DNA of 64,000 nt from NCBI GenBank assembly GCA_021734345.1, contig JAIPJC010000001.1:15734-79733 (forward strand), written 5' to 3'. The notes below the pieces were generated by a model. It had not been told where the DNA came from, did no database searches, and saw only the letters and a list, made by a program, of their open reading frames with translations. The translations under genes were made by a program, and so were the position numbers. The DNA comes from Kiritimatiellales bacterium. Its GTDB lineage: Bacteria > Verrucomicrobiota > Kiritimatiellia > Kiritimatiellales > Pontiellaceae. Position 1 is the first letter of the stretch, and every line of letters starts with the position of its first letter. Below are positions 48,871 to 59,421 of the stretch, in pieces.

Positions 48871-49956
48871 ATGTCTAAAACGTATAAAATCACGCTGTTG
48901 CCAGGTGACGGAATCGGCCCAGAGGTCATCGCCGAAGCGGTCAAAGTACTCGATGCGGTAGCGAAGAAGAGCGGCTTCGGTCTCGCATACACCACGCAGA
49001 ACGCCGGCGGTGCGGCGATCGATGCACACAACGACCCCATGCCCGACTCGGTTGTCGCAACCTGCAAGGCTTCCGATGCGGTACTGCTCGGAGCGGTCGG
49101 CGGCCCCAAGTGGGACCACCTCACCGGCGCGTTGCGCCCGGAAAGCGGCCTGCTCAAAATCCGCAAGGAATTGGGCGCATTCGCCAACCTGCGTCCCGTC
49201 ACCGTTCCGGCATCGCTGGCGGAGAATTCCCCGCTGCGCCCGGAGGCCGTTTCCGGCCTCGATCTCTTTACCGTCCGCGAACTGACCGGCGGCATCTACT
49301 TCGGCCAACCCGTCGGCGAAGAAGGCGAAGGCGACGACAAAAAGGCATGGAACACCATGGTCTACTCTGTCGGCGAAATCAAACGCGTCGCGCGCGTCGC
49401 CTTCGAATGGGCGCGCAAACGCCGCAACAAGGTAACGAGCGTCGACAAGGCCAACGTGCTGGCGGTTTCCAGACTTTGGCGGGACACCGTCAAGGCGCTG
49501 CACGAGGCGGAATATTCCGATGTCCAGCTCGACCACATGTATGTCGACAACGCCGCCATGCAAATGGTCATCAACCCGCGCCAGTTCGACGTCATCCTGA
49601 CCGGAAACCTATTCGGCGACATCCTGTCGGACGCCTCCGCCACACTGGGCGGATCGCTCGGGCTGCTCCCTTCGGCATCGGTCGGCGGCCCCGTCGGGTT
49701 GTTCGAACCAGTGCATGGCTCCGCGCCGGATATTGCCGGACAAGGCAAGGCCAACCCGCTGGCGATGATCCTGTCGGTCGCGATGATGCTCGACACCCTT
49801 GACGAAAGCAACGCCGCCAACGCCATCCGTGCCGGTGTCGGGAAAGTGCTGGATGCCGGCTACCGTTCCGGCGACCTGTGGCGCAAGGGCAACACGCTGG
49901 CCTCCACCACCGAACTCGGCGACTTCGTCCGCGACGCTGCCGTTGCCGCGCTTTAA
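48871..49956 (+). CDS. leuB: 3-isopropylmalate dehydrogenase
   Basis: GDGIGPEV, VRELTGGIYFG, VDKANV, NLFGDILSD, EPVHGSAPDIAG. Confidence 0.96.
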   Translation: MSKTYKITLLPGDGIGPEVIAEAVKVLDAVAKKSGFGLAYTTQNAGGAAIDAHNDPMPDSVVATCKASDAVLLGAVGGPKWDHLTGALRPESGLLKIRKELGAFANLRPVTVPASLAENSPLRPEAVSGLDLFTVRELTGGIYFGQPVGEEGEGDDKKAWNTMVYSVGEIKRVARVAFEWARKRRNKVTSVDKANVLAVSRLWRDTVKALHEAEYSDVQLDHMYVDNAAMQMVINPRQFDVILTGNLFGDILSDASATLGGSLGLLPSASVGGPVGLFEPVHGSAPDIAGQGKANPLAMILSVAMMLDTLDESNAANAIRAGVGKVLDAGYRSGDLWRKGNTLASTTELGDFVRDAAVAAL

Positions 49957-49975
49957 CCCGCGCATTCAAAACAAA

Positions 49976-50003
49976 AAAGTCCCCACACGAATGCGGGGAC
50001 TTT
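49976..50003. terminator. bidirectional intrinsic terminator between convergent genes
   Basis: AAAGTCCCC...GGGGACTTT hairpin flanked by A/T tracts. Confidence 0.75.
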
Positions 50004-50027
50004 GTCATCTGCTAAACCCGAACGGAT

Positions 50028-50351
50028 TTATTCGGCAGATTCGTTGGCTTTTTTCTTACCTTCGCCAGGCTTCTTGCCTTCGCCAGGTTTCTTTTTGGGT
50101 TGCGGTTTTTCGTCGGCACTCAGTTTTCCGTCGCCGTTTTTATCCAGCTGGGCAAATTTGGCTTCAACTTTGGCCTGATCGAATGCAGTACCTTTGGTTT
50201 CGGCCATTTTCTTCTGTTGGGCAATAAACTGTTCCTTGGTTACGTCTCCACCTTTGCCTTTGCCTTCGCCCTTTTTCTTGCCTTCGCCCTCAGCGGCCTG
50301 AACTGCTGCGGCCAGGCATACAATCATCGCCATCACAAACCACTTCTTCAT
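50028..50351 (-). CDS. small secreted Lys/Gly-rich EF-hand protein
   Basis: Signal peptide MKKWFV..AVQA, loop DKNGDGKLSADE. Confidence 0.75.
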   Translation of the reverse strand: MKKWFVMAMIVCLAAAVQAAEGEGKKKGEGKGKGGDVTKEQFIAQQKKMAETKGTAFDQAKVEAKFAQLDKNGDGKLSADEKPQPKKKPGEGKKPGEGKKKANESAE

Positions 50352-50480
50352 AATTATCCTCCGACCTATGTGTTTTTTGGTTCCCAGCCGCTTCCCAATC
50401 CCAATCATGGAACAGCCCAGGAACTACCAATAAGACGGAATAGGCCTAAATTTGTTGGACATCAAGATGGAAAATTTAAT

Positions 50481-51281
50481 TTACCTTTGCGGGCGATAGT
50501 ATTGCATGGCTTCGGGCAGGTATCCGCGCAATTTCCGGATGCGCGTTTCATCGGAAGGATGCGTACTCAGGAATTCGGGAGGCGCGCCGGAGCCTCCCGC
50601 CGCCATGCGCTGCCAGGAGCCGACGGCGGCGTTCGGATCATAGCCCGCCATGGCCATGAAAATCAGTCCCATGTGATCGGCTTCGCTTTCATGAAGCCGG
50701 GAAAACGGCAGAATGCCGCCGACTTGGCTTCCGAGCCCATAGACCTGCAAGATAGCGTCGTGGTAGTCGGAATCCTTCGAAAGAAACGATGTCAAATAGC
50801 CCCCGCCCTGCTGGATCATCTGGTGGCTGACGCGCTCGGCCCCGTGCCCGGCAATCGCATGGGCCACCTCGTGCCCCATCACCACCGCGATACCGGCTTC
50901 ATCCTGCGTATAGGGTAGAATTCCCGTGTAGAAGGCCACTTTTCCGCCGGGCATGCACCAGGCGTTCGGCTCGTTCTTCTCGATCAGGTTGAACTCCCAT
51001 TCGAATCCTTTGAGCTGTTCCGGATGGCCTTGGTCGCGGAAGTATTGCTCCACCGCGGCGGCAATCCGCTGTCCAACCCGCCGCACCTGTTCGGTCTGCT
51101 GCCGGTTGGTCGAAAGCGGCCCTTCGGCAACCACCCCGCGGTAGCTGGTCGCGCTTTGCGCAATCATCTGTTCGGATGGAACCAGCAGAACCTGCTTTCT
51201 TCCAGTGATTGGAACCGTTGAACAGCCCGACGCCACAACCACCACTACCAGCAAAACGAGTGTCTGAATCGATCTTTTCAT
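50481..51281 (-). CDS. M48-family zinc metallopeptidase lipoprotein
   Basis: Lipobox ASGC, PNAWCMPGGK, HEVAH, E.EAD, FLSTHP. Confidence 0.92.
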   Translation of the reverse strand: MKRSIQTLVLLVVVVVASGCSTVPITGRKQVLLVPSEQMIAQSATSYRGVVAEGPLSTNRQQTEQVRRVGQRIAAAVEQYFRDQGHPEQLKGFEWEFNLIEKNEPNAWCMPGGKVAFYTGILPYTQDEAGIAVVMGHEVAHAIAGHGAERVSHQMIQQGGGYLTSFLSKDSDYHDAILQVYGLGSQVGGILPFSRLHESEADHMGLIFMAMAGYDPNAAVGSWQRMAAGGSGAPPEFLSTHPSDETRIRKLRGYLPEAMQYYRPQR

Positions 51282-51308
51282 GGGAAACCTCCCGCGCCGG
51301 CAAATGTT

Positions 51309-52529
51309 CTAATCCAGCGTGTTGACCAGCAGGCCGGAGCGGAGTTTGGGTTCGAACCAGGTGCTTTTCGGGGGCATCAGCATACCGGCGTCGGCCACGG
51401 AAAAGAGCTGCTCCATCGAAGTCGGATACATGGAAAATGCCAGCACGGCGCGTCCGTCGTCGACCCACTTTTCAAGTTCCTTGGTTCCCTTGATCCCGCC
51501 GATAAAATCGATGTCGTTGCTTTCGCGCGGATCGGCAATGCCGAGGATCGGAGCCAGCACATCGTTCTGCAAAATGCTGACGTCGAGGGTGGCTACCGGA
51601 TCGGTGGCGTCCGGCCAATGCTTCGGGGTCAGCGTGCTCCACGTCCCCTTCATGTACATGCAGATTTCGCCGGCCTTCCGGGGTTTGGCAATGCCGTTTG
51701 GTTCCACCGCAAACTTGGATTCCAATGCCTGGAAAAATTCGTTTTCGGTTCCCGGCAGCGCGAGGATGACGCGGTTGTAGGCCATGATCTTCAGTTCGCT
51801 TTCAGGGAACAGCACGGCGAGAAAATAGTTGTACGGCTCTTCGCCGGTATGGTTTGGGTTGGCCGCGCGGCGCATCTGCGCCACCTTGACCGCGCTGGCC
51901 GAACGGTGGTGGCCGTCCGCCACGTAGGTTGCCGGGATTTTGGCAAAGGCTTTTTCGAGCACGGACGGATCCGCGAACTTCCAAACCGTATGGGTCACGC
52001 CGTCAACCGCAGTGAACTTGTAGAGCGGTTCGGTCGCCTTCACCGCATCGACGACATGGTTGATTTTCTTGCTGTCGCGGTAGGCCAGGAACACCGGACC
52101 CGTGTTGGCATTCTGCGTATCGACATAGCGGATGCGGTCCTCTTCCTTCACGCGGCGCGTCTTTTCGTGGATCTTGATCTTGCCGGTTTCGTAGTCCTCG
52201 ACGTGGCAGGTTGCGACGATGCCGAACTGGACATGGTCGCCCATCTGTTGGCTATAGAGGTAGAGCGACGGCTCGGTTTCGCGCACCAGCACACCATCGT
52301 CCATCAGCCGTTTCAGATTGGCCTTGGCCTGCGCGTAGACCGCATCGCTATACGGATTGGTGCCTTCCGGCAGATCGATCTCCGCCCGCACCACATGCAG
52401 GAAACTGTCGACATTGCCGGCCGCCAGCTCCGCCGCCTGCACCGTGTCCACCACGTCGTACGGAACCGACGCCACCATCGCCACCTTGTCCGCCACCGGA
52501 CGCCACGCCTTGAATGCCTTGATTTTCAT
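51309..52529 (-). CDS. DUF1015-family protein
   Basis: PYDV, IHEKT, VADGHHR, MPPKSTWFEPKLRSGL. Confidence 0.92.
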   Translation of the reverse strand: MKIKAFKAWRPVADKVAMVASVPYDVVDTVQAAELAAGNVDSFLHVVRAEIDLPEGTNPYSDAVYAQAKANLKRLMDDGVLVRETEPSLYLYSQQMGDHVQFGIVATCHVEDYETGKIKIHEKTRRVKEEDRIRYVDTQNANTGPVFLAYRDSKKINHVVDAVKATEPLYKFTAVDGVTHTVWKFADPSVLEKAFAKIPATYVADGHHRSASAVKVAQMRRAANPNHTGEEPYNYFLAVLFPESELKIMAYNRVILALPGTENEFFQALESKFAVEPNGIAKPRKAGEICMYMKGTWSTLTPKHWPDATDPVATLDVSILQNDVLAPILGIADPRESNDIDFIGGIKGTKELEKWVDDGRAVLAFSMYPTSMEQLFSVADAGMLMPPKSTWFEPKLRSGLLVNTLD

Positions 52530-52657
52530 GAACTCCTCTAGGTTGGGTTGAAATTGAAACGACGCACTCTAATGCGCCCCTTGGGAAAAAGTCAAAATAC
52601 TCCGGGAAAAACCTACCGGGAAAGCCGCATCCCGCCATGGACCAGATGCCCGCTCCC

Positions 52658-52733
52658 GTGGCATGGGCATCTTGCCCATGATTCCGCACCGCCATTCCCG
52701 GATGCGACAGAACGGGGTCGCCGACCCCATCTA
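52658..52733. repeat. cluster of REP-like palindromes
   Basis: GTGGCATGGGCATCTTGCCCATG (52658-52680) and minus-strand GTAG-ATGGGGTCGGCGACCCCGTT (52733-52710). Confidence 0.55.
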
Positions 52734-52808
52734 CAGCCGAGTAGCCCTCTGTTTACACCCTGAATCGAATACGCCGGTTTTGATCTCCCATGTGCTACAC
52801 TTGGAATG

Positions 52809-53891
52809 CTACTGCACGTCGTCGAGGCGGGCGGCTTCCTGCTGGCGGATGGCTTCTTCGTGGATGGATTGCATCAACTGCAGGACAAAGTCCTCCGAAA
52901 GCTCAAGGCTTGAGCCGCGCCGTATGCGGTCGTTCAGGATTTCCTGCCAGCGCTGCGGCTGGAGGGTGGAGACATGCTGCTCGGTTTTGAGCCGCCCCAT
53001 GGCGCGCACAACCTCCATGCGCTGGCCGAGCAGTTCCATCAATTGGCCATCTATCTCATCGACGTCTTCGCGCAACGCGCTGAGGCTGTTTTGGAATGCG
53101 GGGCTATCGCTTTTTTCGTGCGGCAGGTCGAGCTTTTCAACCATCGCGAGAAACTGGTCCGGCGTGAGCTGTTGCGCGGCGTCGCTGAGCGCACGCGGCG
53201 GATCGGGGTGCACTTCGACCATCAGGCCGTCGAACAGCAGATCCATCGCCTCCTGGGCCACGGCCGGAATCAGATCCGCCTTGCCGCAGATATGGCTGGG
53301 ATCGCAGAGGAGCGGAATGGACGGCATCAGGCGCTTGAGTTCGATCGGCATCTTCCAGTTGGGCGCATTGCGATAGCGCATTTCGAGTGATGAGCTGACC
53401 CCGCGATGGATCGCACCCAGCTTCACGAGTCCCGCGTTGGCCAGCCGCTCGATCGCCCCGATCCATAGGCCGATGTCGGCGGTCATCGGATTTTTTACCA
53501 GAACGGGGATGTCGGTGCCCTTGAGCGCATCGGCAATGGCCTGCACTGAAAACGGGTTGGTCGAGGTTCGGGCACCAATCCACAGGATATCCACGCCATG
53601 TTCAAGGCAGGCTTCCACATGGGCGGGTTCGGCCACTTCCGTGCCGATCTTCAGCCCGGTTTCGCGCCGGGCGATATCCAGCCAATCCAGCCCTTTCAGG
53701 CCAACGCCTTCGAAGCTGCCGGGCCGGGTACGCGGCTTCCAGATTCCGGCGCGCATAAATCCCACGCCGTGCCCGGCCAGCGCCCGCGCCGTCGCCAGCA
53801 CCTGCTCCGGACTTTCCACACTGCACGGCCCCGCCGCCAGAAAAATCCGGCCAACTGGAAAACCCCATTCCTTGAACACGGCTTCATTCAT
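52809..53891 (-). CDS. bifunctional DAHP synthase (class I-beta) / chorismate mutase
   Basis: [36 protein letters not shown] and a C-terminal CM domain [12 protein letters not shown]. Confidence 0.9.
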   Translation of the reverse strand: MNEAVFKEWGFPVGRIFLAAGPCSVESPEQVLATARALAGHGVGFMRAGIWKPRTRPGSFEGVGLKGLDWLDIARRETGLKIGTEVAEPAHVEACLEHGVDILWIGARTSTNPFSVQAIADALKGTDIPVLVKNPMTADIGLWIGAIERLANAGLVKLGAIHRGVSSSLEMRYRNAPNWKMPIELKRLMPSIPLLCDPSHICGKADLIPAVAQEAMDLLFDGLMVEVHPDPPRALSDAAQQLTPDQFLAMVEKLDLPHEKSDSPAFQNSLSALREDVDEIDGQLMELLGQRMEVVRAMGRLKTEQHVSTLQPQRWQEILNDRIRRGSSLELSEDFVLQLMQSIHEEAIRQQEAARLDDVQ

Positions 53892-54052
53892 ACCTAATTC
53901 CCCGATACCTTTAAAACGGTACGCATTCTCCCACCTTTCGCCGGTTATCGCAATCAAACGCTACCTGAATACGGGGCTTGGCGCATCATCCGCAATCCAT
54001 CGGGCTTGGTCGCTCTTTCATGTTTTTTTCCACAGGTTGGCCGCCGGTGTCG

Positions 54053-54081
54053 TTGACATTGCCGGGGGGTTGGATAAGAAT
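54053..54081 (+). promoter_or_regulatory. putative sigma70-type promoter of recA
   Basis: TTGACA-17 nt-AAGAAT upstream of RBS AAGGAG. Confidence 0.45.
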
Positions 54082-54129
54082 GCCGCACTTGTTTTTCAAC
54101 CCCGGTATCGCAACGAAGGAGAAATCGAC

Positions 54130-55155
54130 ATGGCCGCAAAAAAAGAGACTACCACCGACAAAGCAACCGCCCTTAGCGCCGTAGTGGCGCAGATCCAGAA
54201 GCAATATGGCGAGGGATCGATCGTCAAGCTCGGCGATGCCAGCGCCAACCGTCACGTCGAATCCATCTCGACGGGCGCGCTCACGCTGGACATCGCCCTG
54301 GGAATCGGCGGACTGCCCCGCGGTCGCATTGTTGAGATCTTCGGCCCGGAATCGTCGGGCAAAACCACGCTGGTTTCCCACGTGATCGCCAACGCCCAGA
54401 AGGCTGGCGGCATGGCGGCCTTCATCGATACCGAACACGCGCTCGATCCGGGCTATGCCAAGAAGATCGGCGTCGACATCGACAACCTGCTCGTTTCCCA
54501 ACCCGACTCCGGCGAAGAAGCCTTGAACATTTGCGAAGCGCTCGTGAAGAGCAACTCGCTCGACGTGGTGGTAGTCGACTCCGTCGCCGCACTCGCTCCC
54601 CGGGCCGAACTCGAAGGCGAAATGGGCCAGTCGCACGTCGGCCTACAGGCGCGATTAATGTCGCAGGCGCTGCGCAAGCTGGTATCCGCCATCAATCATT
54701 CAAGCTGCATCGTTATCTTCACCAACCAGATCCGCGAAAAGGTCGGCGTCATGTTCGGCAGCCCGGAAACCACGCCCGGCGGCCGCGCGCTCAAGTTCTA
54801 CGCCTCCGTCCGCCTCGACATCCGCCGCATCGGCCAGCTCAAGGATTCGGCCGGTGTCGTCTATGGAAACCAGACCCGCGTCAAGGTCGTGAAGAACAAA
54901 GTCGCCGCGCCGTTCACCCAGGCCGAGTTCGACATCCTCTACGCCGAAGGCATTTCCTACACCGGCTCCGTGATCGACGCCGCCATCAACGCCGGCATCG
55001 TCGAGAAAAAAGGCTCCTGGCTTTCGATGGACGGAACCCAGCTCGGCCAAGGCCGCGACGCCGCCGTAAAAGTCCTGAAGGAAGACAAGGAACTCTGCGC
55101 CGCCGTCATCAAACGCATCTACGCCGCCCGCGACGAAGCCGCCAGCAAGGCATAG
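54130..55155 (+). CDS. recA: recombinase RecA
   Basis: [36 protein letters not shown]. True start MAAKK at 54130. Confidence 0.98.
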   Translation: MAAKKETTTDKATALSAVVAQIQKQYGEGSIVKLGDASANRHVESISTGALTLDIALGIGGLPRGRIVEIFGPESSGKTTLVSHVIANAQKAGGMAAFIDTEHALDPGYAKKIGVDIDNLLVSQPDSGEEALNICEALVKSNSLDVVVVDSVAALAPRAELEGEMGQSHVGLQARLMSQALRKLVSAINHSSCIVIFTNQIREKVGVMFGSPETTPGGRALKFYASVRLDIRRIGQLKDSAGVVYGNQTRVKVVKNKVAAPFTQAEFDILYAEGISYTGSVIDAAINAGIVEKKGSWLSMDGTQLGQGRDAAVKVLKEDKELCAAVIKRIYAARDEAASKA

Positions 55156-55215
55156 TCGGGATATTTGTTTCCCAAGTGATTGACCGACAGCGCATTCAGG
55201 TGGCACTTTAACCCC

Positions 55216-55449
55216 ATGAGCATAACCGTTGAACAACTTGTTTCCGAGGCATTGGGTATGCCCGTACCCATCCGCGCCTTCTTGGCTGAACGGATTATCG
55301 AAAGTCTCGATGTGGCGGATGCGCCAACCGGGCTTTCACCCGAGTGGAAAACGGAAATCGAAAGACGATGCCGGGAAGTCGACGAAGGAACCATCGCATT
55401 GATCGATGCCGACGAGGTTTTCAAGAAAGCATACGCCAGACTGTCATGA
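55216..55449 (+). CDS. addiction-module antitoxin (TIGR02574-like)
   Basis: 77 aa, RA.LA..IIESLD..W..EIERR. ATGA-coupled to the toxin. Confidence 0.8.
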   Translation: MSITVEQLVSEALGMPVPIRAFLAERIIESLDVADAPTGLSPEWKTEIERRCREVDEGTIALIDADEVFKKAYARLS

Positions 55450-55748
55450 TCCCCGTCAGGTTCCATCCCGAGGCGAACACCGAAATGATGGAAGCTGCGC
55501 AATTCTACGAATCTCAACAGACGGATTTGGGGAAGCATTTTTTATCTTCGGTACAGGCCGCGCTGAACCAGGTTCAAATCAACCCTCTTTTATATCCGGC
55601 CGCTCACCTTGATGTAAGACGCTGCATCACGAAGACCTTCCCGTTCAGCGTACTGTATCGCATCGCCCCGGATCAGATCATTGTCATGGCGGTAATGCAT
55701 CAAAGACGACAGCCCGATTACTGGAAAAGACGAAAGAATGAAATATAA
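55446..55748 (+). CDS. RelE/ParE-family toxin
   Basis: FHPEA..E..EA..FYE..LG..F, FPFSVLY, AVMHQRR.PDYW. Confidence 0.85.
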   Translation: MIPVRFHPEANTEMMEAAQFYESQQTDLGKHFLSSVQAALNQVQINPLLYPAAHLDVRRCITKTFPFSVLYRIAPDQIIVMAVMHQRRQPDYWKRRKNEI

Positions 55749-55816
55749 AATAAGAGCAGCAACGAAGCCGCCAAATGATTAAATAATCGGACTGACACCG
55801 GTACGGACCTCATTTC

Positions 55817-56803
55817 ATGTTGACCGAAGTTAATTACACAAAACCAACTGTTCTTGTACTAGGCGCAGGTGCGAGCAAGCCTTATGGCTTCCCTCTTGGC
55901 CTAGAGCTTAAGGCGCAAATACTTCAACACCTTGAGAATCCAGGCAGAAATGATGCTCGTAGCTCTATTTCGATTGCAGGCTTTGGCGATGATTTGGTAA
56001 AAGACTTTTTTGAGTCATTTAAGTACACTCAGCACAAGACGCTAGATGCTTTTCTAGAGCACAAGAAATGTTTCCGAGAATTGGGCTCGTATTTGATAGC
56101 ACACGCAATTTTGCCAAATGAAAACCCAGATAGGCTGTTTCCGGGTCATGACTGGTATTTAGATTTTTACAATTATCTTGAATTCCACAATGTAGATAGG
56201 AAATTTTTTGAACTTAGTATTGTTACGTTCAATTATGATCGATCATTCGAACATTTTATGACGAAGGCGATTGATTATAATGTACAACATGAGCTTGTTG
56301 AACTGGCACATTCCAACAGGGAAAAGATCAAAATCGTTCATGCACACGGTTCGTTCGGCGAATATACGACAATTCCTTTTGGCATGACCAAACCCGACGA
56401 TTCTGAAGAGTTTCATGCTGCGACTAGAAATATAAAAATTGTCTCCGATAACCTTGTAAATTCCCCTACTTTCACAATGGCGAGAGAACTCATTAATGAA
56501 GCAGGAAATATTGTGTTTCTCGGATTTGGATATAATGCGGCAACAATGACTTCGCTATTTGACGGGATAGAGATTTCGGACAAGAATATCTTCGGGACAA
56601 GCTACGGGCTGGATCCCGACATTCGCAAATGGCTAGACGAGATGTTCCCTGCAACTATAAGTCTAGGAGGTTTCAAAATGGATTGCGCTCAGTTTATGAA
56701 GGCTATAGGTCTAGGAATTCGAGATCCTGAGCCACAACCAAATTATTTGAAACGCCGTCAAACCAGCCCAAGGATCAATAAAAACTGGGCTACTGATATT
56801 TAA
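55817..56803 (+). CDS. SIR2-like domain protein (possible anti-phage NADase)
   Basis: LGAGAS..YGFP, VTFNYD, HAHGS, FLGFGY. AT-rich relative to flanks. Confidence 0.7.
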   Translation: MLTEVNYTKPTVLVLGAGASKPYGFPLGLELKAQILQHLENPGRNDARSSISIAGFGDDLVKDFFESFKYTQHKTLDAFLEHKKCFRELGSYLIAHAILPNENPDRLFPGHDWYLDFYNYLEFHNVDRKFFELSIVTFNYDRSFEHFMTKAIDYNVQHELVELAHSNREKIKIVHAHGSFGEYTTIPFGMTKPDDSEEFHAATRNIKIVSDNLVNSPTFTMARELINEAGNIVFLGFGYNAATMTSLFDGIEISDKNIFGTSYGLDPDIRKWLDEMFPATISLGGFKMDCAQFMKAIGLGIRDPEPQPNYLKRRQTSPRINKNWATDI

Positions 56804-56827
56804 TAAAAAGGTCACCCATTAGAGAAT

Positions 56828-56886
56828 GGGGTCAGTCCTTTGATATTTGTATCTGACAAAAACACCAAGATCAAAGGACTGACCCC
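56828..56886. repeat. palindromic REP/MITE-like element, copy 1
   Basis: GGGGTCAGTCCTTTGAT / ATCAAAGGACTGACCCC perfect 17-bp arms with a 25-nt loop. Confidence 0.85.
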
Positions 56887-56958
56887 TCTTCTAGACACCC
56901 CTGCATTGAAGGAACACATCGATTCGTTCGGCAAGGTGTTGTTTGATCGGAGAAGCAC

Positions 56959-57849
56959 ATGAATAGGTTGAAGTTCCATGTCCTGATTGGCTCGCTGGCT
57001 TTGCTTGCGGCGCAGGCGACTGCAATCGCGGCAACCCCGGCGGAACCTGCCGTCGAACCGACGCCCGCCGATGTGCAGGCGGTGAAAGCGTATGTCCACG
57101 AGGAATGGCCGGGCACCATCCGCACCACCCATGAGCTGACATCGCCAAAGGAAATCCCGCTGCCTGCCCCGTTCACGGTTCCTACGACGGACAAGATATT
57201 CCACAACTTTTTCTATTGGGATACCTATTTCACCAGCATCGGCCTGGTACGCGACGGGCAGGCGCAGACGGCGTGCGACAATGCCGAGAACATGATGTAT
57301 CTCATCGAACAGCTTGGGTTTGTCCCGAACTCCAACACGACCAACCGCGACAACCGCAGCCAGCCGCCGGTGGCGGCACTGCAGGTGGAGCTTTGCATGC
57401 CGTACCAGACCGGTCGCGCATGGCGGTTGCGCGCCTACACCGCGCTGGAGCAGGAATATGCGTTCTGGATGACGTTCCGCTCGTTTCCGGACGGCCTAAA
57501 CCATTACGGCAGCCACGCCACGCCGAACCAGTTGAAAGCCTTCGGCGAGGCCATCCGTCCGCGTCTTCCCACCATGCCCGAAGAACCGGTGGCCCGCGTG
57601 CGGTTTACATTACATGCGCTGGCGGTGGCGGAAAGCGGCTGGGACTTTACGCCACGGTGGGAAGACCGCTGCCCCGAGTTTGCGCCGGTGGATTTGAACA
57701 GCCTGCTGTTCGCGACGGAACGGGTGGAAGCCGAGCTGGCCAAGGCACTGGGCAACGGTCAGGAAGCGAAGTGGCAGGCGCGCATGCAACACCGGCTTGA
57801 AACCATGCGCCGCCTGATGTGGAACCCGGTAAAGGGGTCAGTCCTTTGA
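56959..57849 (+). pseudogene. truncated trehalase (GH37) copy
   Basis: About 94% aa identical to the downstream copy up to MWNP, then reads into the palindromic element and stops. Lacks the C-terminal catalytic region. Confidence 0.85.
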
Positions 57850-57893
57850 TATTTGTATCTGACAAAAACACCAAGATCAAAGGACTGACCCCT
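57833..57893. repeat. palindromic REP/MITE-like element, copy 2
   Basis: 18-bp arms, loop identical to copy 1. Confidence 0.85.
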
Positions 57894-57941
57894 CTTCCAT
57901 ATCGATTCGTTCGGCAAGGTATTGTTTGATCGGAGAAGCAC

Positions 57942-59276
57942 ATGAATAGGTTGAAGTTCCATGTCCTGACTGGCTCGCTGGTTTTGCTCGTGTCGCAAGC
58001 GACCGCAATCGCGGCAACCCCGGCGGAACCTGCCGTCGAACCGATGCCCGCCGATGTGCAGGCTGTGAAAGCATATATCCACGAGGGATGGCCGGGCACC
58101 ATCCGCACGACCCATGAGCTAACGTCGCCAAAGGAAATCCCGCTGCCTGCCCCGTTCACGGTTCCGACGCCGGACAAGCTGTTCCATAACTTTTTCTATT
58201 GGGATACCTATTTCACCAGCCTGGGACTGGTACGCGACGGGCAGGCGCAGACGGCGTGCGACAATGCCGAGAACATGATGTATCTCATCGAACAGCTTGG
58301 GTTTGTGCCGAACTCCAACACGACCAACCGCGACAACCGCAGCCAGCCGCCGGTGGCGGCGCTGCAGGTGGAGCTTTGCATGCCATACCAGACCGGCCGT
58401 GAATGGCGGGAGCGCGCCTACAACGCGCTGGAGCAGGAATATGCGTTCTGGATGACGTTCCGCTCGTTTCCGGACGGCCTAAACCATTACGGCAGCCACG
58501 CCACGCCGAACCAGTTGAAAGCCTTCGGCGAAGCGATCCGTCCGCGTCTTCCCACCATACCCGCAGAACCGGTGGCCCGTGGACGGTTTACATTACATGC
58601 GCTGGCGGTGGCGGAAAGCGGCTGGGACTTTACGCCCCGGTGGGAAGACCGCTGCCCCGAGTTTGCGGCGGTGGATTTGAACAGCCTGCTGTTCACGACG
58701 GAGCGGGTGGAAGCCGAGCTGGCCAAGGCACTGGGCAACGGTCAGGAAGCGAAGTGGCAGGCGCGCATGCAGCACCGGCTTGAAACGATGCGCCGCCTGA
58801 TGTGGAACCCGGAAAAAGGGATCTTCGTGGATTATGACGAAACCAACCGGCGCGCTTCTTCGTTCGTTAGCGCGGCAAGCTTTTTCCCGCTGTTCTGCGG
58901 GGTTGCCGATCAGGATGAAGCGAAGAAGAGCGCGGCGGCTCTGCTGTCCGATCTCGAAACCCTTTACGGCATCAATACCGCCGTGGCGGGGCCGCGCGAC
59001 CAGACGTACCAGTGGGACAGCCCGAACTTGTGGCCGCCGTTGCAATGGGTGGCGGTGAAAGGCTTGTTGGACGCAGGACGTCGGGACGACGCCGTCCGGC
59101 TGGCTCGGAAATATGTGGCAACGGTGACGCGCAACTTCAACGCCACGCATCAGTTGTGGGAAAAGTACAATGCAACCACCGGCGGAATCGATGTGAACGA
59201 CGAATATAAAATGCCGCCGATGATAGGCTGGACCGCGGGCGTGTTCCTCGCCTGCTGCGAAGTCGCCGGGTACTAG
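57942..59276 (+). CDS. secreted alpha,alpha-trehalase (GH37)
   Basis: YWDTYF, RSQPP, AESGWDF..RW, VDLNSL, QWDSPN.WPPLQW, WEKY, GWT. Signal peptide present. Confidence 0.9.
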   Translation: MNRLKFHVLTGSLVLLVSQATAIAATPAEPAVEPMPADVQAVKAYIHEGWPGTIRTTHELTSPKEIPLPAPFTVPTPDKLFHNFFYWDTYFTSLGLVRDGQAQTACDNAENMMYLIEQLGFVPNSNTTNRDNRSQPPVAALQVELCMPYQTGREWRERAYNALEQEYAFWMTFRSFPDGLNHYGSHATPNQLKAFGEAIRPRLPTIPAEPVARGRFTLHALAVAESGWDFTPRWEDRCPEFAAVDLNSLLFTTERVEAELAKALGNGQEAKWQARMQHRLETMRRLMWNPEKGIFVDYDETNRRASSFVSAASFFPLFCGVADQDEAKKSAAALLSDLETLYGINTAVAGPRDQTYQWDSPNLWPPLQWVAVKGLLDAGRRDDAVRLARKYVATVTRNFNATHQLWEKYNATTGGIDVNDEYKMPPMIGWTAGVFLACCEVAGY

Positions 59277-59385
59277 GAACACCGCTGTCTTGAGAGGGAA
59301 AATGAGAGATCCAAATCCTGCCATCCGATTGAAGAAACCGTTCCTGCTTGTTTTGAAAAGGGGTTCCTTGAGGTTTGCACCGAAA

Positions 59386-59420
59386 AAAAACACCAAGATC
59401 AAAGGACTGACCCCTCTTCC
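59386..59420. repeat. palindromic element copy 3 (right half only)
   Basis: AAAAACACCAAGATCAAAGGACTGACCCCTCTTCC. Left arm degenerate. Confidence 0.8.
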
Positions 59421-59421
59421 C

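Noticed and set aside
53437-54129. 231-aa N-terminal extension of RecA
   Set aside because: It is antisense to the DAHP synthase gene. The RBS and promoter support a start at 54130.
53960-54129. LexA/SOS box upstream of recA
   Set aside because: No convincing TGTTC-N4-GAACA, CTGT-N8-ACAG or GAAC-N4-GTTC palindrome found by eye.
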